The notes beneath the pieces were generated by a model. That model searched no databases. It was not told where the DNA came from and saw only the letters and a list, made by a program, of their open reading frames with translations. Positions 52,501 to 61,881 of a DNA stretch of 64,000 nt are shown in pieces; position 1 is the first letter of the stretch, and every line of letters begins with the position of its first letter. The DNA is taken from NCBI RefSeq assembly GCF_009914755.1, contig NC_060939.1. One strand, given 5' to 3'. The DNA is from the human T2T-CHM13v2.0 reference genome, Homo sapiens. The translations under genes were made by a program, and so were the position numbers.

Positions 52501-54235
52501 TCCAAATATCCACTTGCAGATTCCACAAAAAGAGTGTTTCAAAACTGCTCTGTCAAAAGATAGGTTCAACTCTGTTAGTTGAGTACACACATGGCAAACA
52601 AGATTCCGAGAATGCTTTCGTCTAGTTTTTTTGGGAAGATACTTCCTTCTTCACCATAGGCCTCAAAGCGCTCCAAATATCCATTTCCACATGCTATACA
52701 AAGAGTGTCTCAAACCTGCTGTATGAATGGGAATGTTCAACTCTATGAGTTGAATGCAAACATCACAAAGAAGTTTCTGAGAATGCTGCTGTCTAGATTT
52801 TATATGAAGGTTTTCCCGCTTCCAACGAAATTTTCAATGCTCTCAAAATATCCTCTTGTAGATTCTACAAAAAGAGTGTTTCCAAACTGCTGTATCAAAA
52901 CAAAGGTTCATCTCTGTTAGTTGAGGACACACATCACAAATAAGTTTCTGAGAATGCTTCTGTCTAGTTCTTATTTGAAGACATTTCCTTTCTCACCTTA
53001 GGCCTGAAAACGCTCGAAATATCCACTTCCAGATACGACAGAAACTGTGATTCAAACCTGCTCTATGAAAGGGAATGTTCAACTAGGTGACTTGAATGCA
53101 AACATCACAAAGCAGTTTCTGAGAATGCTGCTGTCTACTTTGTATTTGTAATCCCGTTTCCAACGAAATCCTCAGAACTATCGAAATTTCCAATTGCAGA
53201 TTCCACAAAAAGCGTGTTTCAAAGCTGCTCTGTAGAAAGAAAGGTTCAACTCTGTTAGTTGAATACACACGTCACAAACAAGTTTCTGAGAATGCTTCTG
53301 TCTAGTTTTTATGGGAAGATATTTCCTTTTTCACCGTAGGCCTCAAAGCGCTCCAAATGTCCACTTCCACATACTACAAAAAGAGTGTTTCAAACCTGCT
53401 GTATGAAAGGGAATGTTCAACTCTATGAGTTGAATGCAAACATTACAAAGAAGTTTCTGAGAATGCTTCTGTCTAGATTTTATATGAAGGTTTTCCCGTT
53501 TCCAACGAAATTTTCAATGCTCTCAAAATATCCACTTGTAGATTCTACAAAAAGAGTGTTTCCAAACTGCTGTGTCAAAAGAAAGGTTCAACTCTGTTAG
53601 TTGAGGACACACATCACAAATAAGTTTCTGAGAATGCTTCTGTCTAGTTCTTATTTGAAGACATTTCCTTTCTCACCTTAGGCCTGAAAACGCTCGAAAT
53701 ATCCACTTCCAGATACGACAGAAACAGTGATTCAAACCTGCTCTATGAAAGGGAATGTTCAACTAGGTGACTTGAATGCAAACATCACAAAGCAGTTTCT
53801 GAGAATGCTGCTGTCTACTTTCTATTTGTAATCCCGTTTCCAACGAAATCCTCAGAACTATCGAAATTTCCAATTGCAGATTCCACAAAAAGCGTGTTTC
53901 AAAGCTGCTCTGTAGAAAGAAAGGTTCAACTCTGTTAGTTGAATACACACGTCACAAACAAGTTTCTGAGAATGCTTCTGTCTAGTTTTTATGGGAAGAT
54001 ATTTCCTTTTTCACCGTAGGCCTCAAAGCGCTCCAAATGTCCACTTCCACATACTACAAAAAGAGTGTTTCAAACCTGCTCTATGATAGGGAATGTTGAA
54101 ACCTATGAGTTGAATGCAAGCATTACAAAGAGGTTTCTGAGAATGCTTCTGTCTAGATTTTATATGTAGATATTCCCGTTTCCAACGAAATCCTCAAAGC
54201 TATCCAAATATCAACTTGCAGATTCTACAAAAGGA
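46565..54235 (-). repeat. Three tandem 15-mer HORs with many private SNVs
   Basis: Anchors at 46565, 49122, 51679, 54236; spacing 2557. Confidence 0.95.
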
Positions 54236-56091
54236 ATGTTTCCAAAATGCTGTATCCAAACAAAGGTTCAACTCTGTGAATTGAGGGCATACATCACAAA
54301 GAAGATTCTGAGAATGCTTCTGTCTAGATTTTATATGAAAATATTCCCGTTTCCAACGAAATCCTCAAAGCTATCCAAATATCCACTTGCAAATGCCACA
54401 AAAAGAGTGTTTCCAAACTGCTCTGTGAAAAGGAAGGTTCAACTCTGTTAGTTGAGTACACACATCACAAAGAGGTTTCTGAGAATGCTGCTGACTAGTT
54501 TTTATTTGAAGATATTTCCCTTTTCACCTTAGGCCTAAGAGTGCTCGAAATGTCCATTTCCACATACTCCACAAAGTGTGTTTCAAACGTGCTGTATGAA
54601 AGGGAATGTTCAACTCTATGAGTTGAATGCAAACATCACAAAGAAGATTCTGAGAATGCTTTTGTCTAGATTTTATATGAAGATATTCCCGTGTCCAACG
54701 AAATTTTCAAAGGTCTCCAAATAAAGATTGTTTCCAAACTGCTGTATCAAAACAAAGGTTGAACTCTGTGAGTTGAGGACACACATCACAAATAAGTTTC
54801 TGAGAATGCTTCTGTCTAGTTTTTATTTGAAGATGTTTCCTTTTTCACCATAGGCCTGAAAGCGCTCGAAATGTCCACTTCCAGATAGTACAGAAAGAGT
54901 GTTTCAAACCTGCTCTATGAACGGGAATGTTCAGCTCTGTGAGTTGAATGCAAACATCACAAAGCAGGTTCTGAGAATGCTTCCGTCTAGATTTTAAATG
55001 AGGATATTCCCGTTTCCAACGAAATCCTCGAAGCTATCCAAATATCCACTTGCAGATTCCACAAAAAGAGTGTTTCAAAACTGCTCTGTCAAAAGATAGG
55101 TTCAACTCTGTTAGTTGAGTACACACATGGCAAACAAGATTGCGAGAATGCTTTCGTCTAGTTTTTTTGGGAAGATATTTCCTTCTTCACCATAGGCCTC
55201 AAAGCGCTCCAAATATCCATTTCCACATGCTATACAAAGAGTGTCTCAAACCTGCTGTATGAATGGGAATGTTCAACTCTATGAGTTGAATGCAAACATC
55301 ACAAAGAAGTTTCTGAGAATGCTGCTGTCTAGATTTTATATGAAGGTTTTCCCGTTTCCAACGAAATTTTCAATGCTCTCAAAATATCCACTTGTAGATT
55401 CTACAAAAAGAGTGTTTCCAAACTGCTGTGTCAAAAGAAAGGTTCAACTCTGTTAGTTGAGGACACACATCACAAATAAGTTTCTGAGAATGCTTCTGTC
55501 TAGTTCTTATTTGAAGACATTTCCTTTCTCACCTTAGGCCTGAAAACGCTCGAAATATCCACTTCCAGATACGACAGAAACAGTGATTCAAACCTGCTCT
55601 ATGAAAGGGAATGTTCAACTAGGTGACTTGAATGCAAACATCACAAAGCAGTTTCTGAGAATGCTGCTGTCTACTTTCTATTTGTAATCCCGTTTCCAAC
55701 GAAATCCTCAGAACTATCGAAATTTCCAATTGCAGATTCCACAAAAAGCGTGTTTCAAAGCTGCTCTGTAAAAAGAAAGGTTCAACTCTGTTAGTTGAAT
55801 ACACACGTCACAAACAAGTTTCTGAGAATGCTTCTGTCTAGTTTTTATGGGAAGATATTTCCTTTTTCACCGTAGGCCTCAAAGCGCTCCAAATGTCCAC
55901 TTCCACATACTACAAAAAGAGTGTTTCAAACCTGCTCTATGATAGGGAATGTTGAAACCTATGAGTTGAATGCAAGCATTACAAAGAGGTTTCTGAGAAT
56001 GCTTCTGTCTAGATTTTATATGTAGATATTCCCGTTTCCAACGAAATCCTCAAAGCTATCCAAATATCAACTTGCAGATTCTACAAAAGGA
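54236..56091 (-). repeat. 11-mer HOR with 21-bp deletion and a hybrid m10/m14 monomer
   Basis: 1856 bp; m10-type base at 55324, then m14-type bases from 55355 onward. Confidence 0.9.
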
Positions 56092-59000
56092 ATGTTTCCA
56101 AAATGCTGTATCCAAACAAAGGTTCAACTCTGTGAATTGAGGGCATACATCACAAAGAAGATTCTGAGAATGCTTCTGTCTAGATTTTATATGAAAATAT
56201 TCCCGTTTCCAACGAAATCCTCAAAGCTATCCAAATATCCACTTGCAAATGCCACAAAAAGAGTGTTTCCAAACTGCTCTGTGAAAAGGAAGGTTCAACT
56301 CTGTTAGTTGAGTACACACATCACAAAGAGGTTTCTGAGAATGCTGCTGACTAGTTTTTATTTGAAGATATTTCCCTTTTCACCTTAGGCCTAAGAGTGC
56401 TCGAAATGTCCATTTCCACATACTCCACAAAGTGTGTTTCAAACGTGCTGTATGAAAGGGAATGTTCAACTCTATGAGTTGAATGCAAACATCACAAAGA
56501 AGATTCTGAGAATGCTTTTGTCTAGATTTTATATGAAGATATTCCCGTGTCCAACGAAATTTTCAAAGGTCTCCAAATATCCATTTGTAGATTCTACAAA
56601 AAGAGTGTTTCCAAACTGCTGTATCAAAACAAAGGTTGAACTCTGTGAGTTGAGGACACACATCACAAATAAGTTTCTGAGAATGCTTCTGTCTAGTTTT
56701 TATTTGAAGATGTTTCCTTTTTCACCATAGGCCTGAAAGCGCTCGAAATGTCCACTTCCAGATAGTACAGAAAGAGTGTTTCAAACCTGCTCTATGAACG
56801 GGAATGTTCAGCTCTGTGAGTTGAATGCAAACATCACAAAGCAGGTTCTGAGAATGCTTCCGTCTAGATTTTAAATGAGGATATTCCCGTTTCCAACGAA
56901 ATCCTCGAAGCTATCCAAATATCCACTTGCAGATTCCACAAAAAGAGTGTTTCAAAACTGCTCTGTCAAAAGATAGGTTCAACTCTGTTAGTTGAGTACA
57001 CACATGGCAAACAAGATTCCGAGAATGCTTTCGTCTAGTTTTTTTGGGAAGATATTTCCTTCTTCACCATAGGCCTCAAAGCGCTCCAAATATCCATTTC
57101 CACATGCTATACAAAGAGTGTCTCAAACCTGCTGTATGAATGGGAATGTTCAACTCTATGAGTTGAATGCAAACATCACAAAGCAGTTTCTGAGAATGCT
57201 GCTGTCTACTTTCTATTTGTAATCCCGTTTCCAACGAAATCCTCAGAACTATCGAAATTTCCAATTGCAGATTCCACAAAAAGCGTGTTTCAAAGCTGCT
57301 CTGTAAAAAGAAAGGTTCAACTCTGTTAGTTGAATACACACGTCACAAACAAGTTTCTGAGAATGCTTCTGTCTAGTTTTTATGGGAAGATATTTCCTTT
57401 TTCACCGTAGGCCTCAAAGCGCTCCAAATGTCCACTTCCACATACTACAAAAAGAGTGTTTCAAACCTGCTGTATGAAAGGGAATGTTCAACTCTATGAG
57501 TTGAATGCAAACATTACAAAGAAGTTTCTGAGAATGCTTCTGTCTAGATTTTATATGAAGGTTTTCCCGTTTCCAACGAAATTTTCAATGCTCTCAAAAT
57601 ATCCACTTGTAGATTCTACAAAAAGAGTGTTTCCAAACTGCTGTGTCAAAAGAAAGGTTCAACTCTGTTAGTTGAGGACACACATCACAAATAAGTTTCT
57701 GAGAATGCTTCTGTCTAGTTCTTATTTGAAGACATTTCCTTTCTCACCTTAGGCTTGAAAATGCTCGAAATATCCACTTCCAGATACGACAGAAACAGTG
57801 ATTCAAACCTGCTCTATGAAAGGGAATGTTCAACTAGGTGACTTGAATGCAAACATCACAAAGCAGTTTCTGAGAATGCTGCTGTCTACTTTCTATTTGT
57901 AATCCCGTTTCCAACGAAATCCTCAGAACTATCGAAATTTCCAATTGCAGATTCCACAAAAAGCGTGTTTCAAAGCTGCTCTGTAAAAAGAAAGGTTCAA
58001 CTCTGTTAGTTGAATACACACGTCACAAACAAGTTTCTGAGAATGCTTCTGTCTAGTTTTTATGGGAAGATATTTCCTTTTTCACCGTAGGCCTCAAAGC
58101 GCTCCAAATGTCCACTTCCACATACTACAAAAAGAGTGTTTCAAACCTGCTGTATGAAAGGGAATGTTCAACTCTATGAGTTGAATGCAAACATTACAAA
58201 GAAGTTTCTGAGAATGCTTCTGTCTAGATTTTATATGAAGGTTTTCCCGTTTCCAACGAAATTTTCAATGCTCTCAAAATATCCACTTGTAGATTCTACA
58301 AAAAGAGTGTTTCCAAACTGCTGTGTCAAAAGAAAGGTTCAACTCTGTTAGTTGAGGACACACATCACAAATAAGTTTCTGAGAATGCTTCTGTCTAGTT
58401 CTTATTTGAAGACATTTCCTTTCTCACCTTAGGCTTGAAAACGCTCCAAATATCCACTTCCAGATACGACAGAAACAGTGATTCAAACCTGCTCTATGAA
58501 AGGGAATGTTCAACTAGGTGACTTGAATGCAAACATCACAAAGCAGTTTCTGAGAATGCTGCTGTCTACTTTCTATTTGTAATCCCGTTTCCAACAAAAT
58601 CCTCAGAACTATCGAAATTTCCAATTGCAGATTCCACAAAAAGCGTGTTTCAAAGCTGCTCTGTAAAAAGAAAGGTTCAACTCTGTTAGTTGAATACACA
58701 CGTCACAAACAAGTTTCTGAGAATGCTTCTGTCTAGTTTTTATGGGAAGATATTTCCTTTTTCACGGTAGGCCTCAAAGCGCTCCAAATGTCCACTTCCA
58801 CATACTACAAAAAGAGTGTTTCAAACCTGCTCTATGATAGGGAATGTTGAAACCTATGAGTTGAATGCAAGCATTACAAAGAGGTTTCTGAGAATGCTTC
58901 TGTCTAGATTTTATATGTAGATATTCCCGTTTCCAACGAAATCTTCAAAGCTATCCAAATATCAACTTGCAGATTCTACAAAAGGAATGTTTCCAAAATG

Positions 59001-61881
59001 CTGTATCCAAACAAAGGTTCAACTCTGTGAATTGAGGGCATACATCACAAAGAAGATTCTGAGAATGCTTCTGTCTAGATTTTATATGAAAATATTCCCG
59101 TTTCCAACGAAATCCTCAAAGCTATCCAAATATCCACTTGCAAATGCCACAAAAAGAGTGTTTCCAAACTGCTCTGTGAAAAGGAAGGTTCAACTCTGTT
59201 AGTTGAGTACACACATCACAAAGAGGTTTCTGAGAATGCTGCTGACTAGTTTTTATTTGAAGATATTTCCCTTTTCACCTTAGGCCTAAGAGTGCTCGAA
59301 ATGTCCATTTCCACATACTCCACAAAGTGTGTTTCAAACGTGCTGTATGAAAGGGAATGTTCAACTCTATGAGTTGAATGCAAACATCACAAAGAAGATT
59401 CTGAGAATGCTTTTGTCTAGATTTTATATGAAGATATTCCCGTGTCCAACGAAATTTTCAAAGGTCTCCAAATATCCATTTGTAGATTCTACAAAAAGAG
59501 TGTTTCCAAACTGCTGTATCAAAACAAAGGTTGAACTCTGTGAGTTGAGGACACACATCACAAATAAGTTTCTGAGAATGCTTCTGTCTAGTTTTTATTT
59601 GAAGATGTTTCCTTTTTCACCATAGGCCTGAAAGCGCTCGAAATGTCCACTTCCAGATAGTACAGAAAGAGTGTTTCAAACCTGCTCTATGAACGGGAAT
59701 GTTCAGCTCTGTGAGTTGAATGCAAACATCACAAAGCAGGTTCTGAGAATGCTTCCGTCTAGATTTTAAATGAGGATATTCCCGTTTCCAACGAAATCCT
59801 CGAAGCTATCCAAATATCCACTTGCAGATTCCACAAAAAGAGTGTTTCAAAACTGCTCTGTCAAAAGATAGGTTCAACTCTGTTAGTTGAGTACACACAT
59901 GGCAAACAAGATTCCGAGAATGCTTTCGTCTAGTTTTTTTGGGAAGATATTTCCTTCTTCACCATAGGCCTCAAAGCGCTCCAAATATCCATTTCCACAT
60001 GCTATACAAAGAGTGTCTCAAACCTGCTGTATGAATGGGAATGTTCAACTCTATGAGTTGAATGCAAACATCACAAAGCAGTTTCTGAGAATGCTGCTGT
60101 CTACTTTCTAGTTGTAATCCCGTTTCCAACGAAATCCTCAGAACTATCGAAATTTCCAATTGCAGATTCCACAAAAAGCGTGTTTCAAAGCTGCTCTGTA
60201 AAAAGAAAGGTTCAACTCTGTTAGTTGAATACACACGTCACAAACAAGTTTCTGAGAATGCTTCTGTCTAGTTTTTATGGGAAGATATTTCCTTTTTCAC
60301 CGTAGGCCTCAAAGCGCTCCAAATGTCCACTTCCACATACTACAAAAAGAGTGTTTCAAACCTGCTGTATGAAAGGGAATGTTCAACTCTATGAGTTGAA
60401 TGCAAACATTACAAAGAAGTTTCTGAGAATGCTTCTGTCTAGATTTTATATGAAGGTTTTCCCGTTTCCAACGAAATTTTCAATGCTCTCAAAATATCCA
60501 CTTGTAGATTCTACAAAAAGAGTGTTTCCAAACTGCTGTGTCAAAAGAAAGGTTCAACTCTGTTAGTTGAGGACACACATCACAAATAAGTTTCTGAGAA
60601 TGCTTCTGTCTAGTTCTTATTTGAAGACATTTCCTTTCTCACCTTAGGCTTGAAAACGCTCGAAATATCCACTTCCAGATACGACAGAAACAGTGATTCA
60701 AACCTGCTCTATGAAAGGGAATGTTCAACTAGGTGACTTGAATGCAAACATCACAAAGCAGTTTCTGAGAATGCTGCTGTCTACTTTCTATTTGTAATCC
60801 CGTTTCCAACGAAATCCTCAGAACTATCGAAATTTCCAATTGCAGATTCCACAAAAAGCGTGTTTCAAAGCTGCTCTGTAAAAAGAAAGGTTCAACTCTG
60901 TTAGTTGAATACACACGTGACAAACAAGTTTCTGAGAATGCTTCTGTCTAGTTTTTATGGGAAGATATTTCCTTTTTCACCGTAGGCCTCAAAGCGCTCC
61001 AAATGTCCACTTCCACATACTACAAAAAGAGTGTTTCAAACCTGCTGTATGAAAGGGAATGTTCAACTCTATGAGTTGAATGCAAACATTACAAAGAAGT
61101 TTCTGAGAATGCTTCTGTCTAGATTTTATATGAAGGTTTTCCCGTTTCCAACGAAATTTTCAATGCTCTCAAAATATCCACTTGTAGATTCTACAAAAAG
61201 AGTGTTTCCAAACTGCTGTGTCAAAAGAAAGGTTCAACTCTGTTAGTTGAGGACACACATCACAAATAAGTTTCTGAGAATGCTTCTGTCTAGTTCTTAT
61301 TTGAAGACATTTCCTTTCTCACCTTAGGCTTGAAAACGCTCGAAATATCCACTTCCAGATACGACAGAAACAGTGATTCAAACCTGCTCTATGAAAGGGA
61401 ATGTTCAACTAGGTGACTTGAATGCAAACATCACAAAGCAGTTTCTGAGAATGCTGCTGTCTACTTTCTATTTGTAATCCCGTTTCCAACAAAATCCTCA
61501 GAACTATCGAAATTTCCAATTGCAGATTCCACAGAAACAGGGTTTCAAAGCTGCTCTGTAAAAAGAAAGGTTCAACTCTGTTAGTTGAATACACACGTCA
61601 CAAACAAGTTTCTGAGAATGCTTCTGTCTAGTTTTTATGGGAAGATATTTCCTTTTTCACCGTAGGCCTCAAAGCGCTCCAAATGTCCACTTCCACATAC
61701 TACAAAAAGAGTGTTTCAAACCTGCTCTATGATAGGGAATGTTGAAACCTATGAGTTGAATGCAAGCATTACAAAGAGGTTTCTGAGAATGCTTCTGTCT
61801 AGATTTTATATGTAGATATTCCCGTTTCCAACGAAATCCTCAAAGCTATCCAAATATCAACTTGCAGATTCTACAAAAGGA
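56092..61881 (-). repeat. Two tandem 17-mer HORs
   Basis: Anchors at 56092, 58987, 61882; spacing 2895; 342-bp deletion junctions at ~57163 and ~60058. Confidence 0.94.

Noticed and set aside
60914-60919. CACGTG E-box created by an SNV (also at 63809-63814)
   Set aside because: A 6-mer arising from one substitution in satellite DNA; no evidence of regulatory function. Kept only as a lineage marker.
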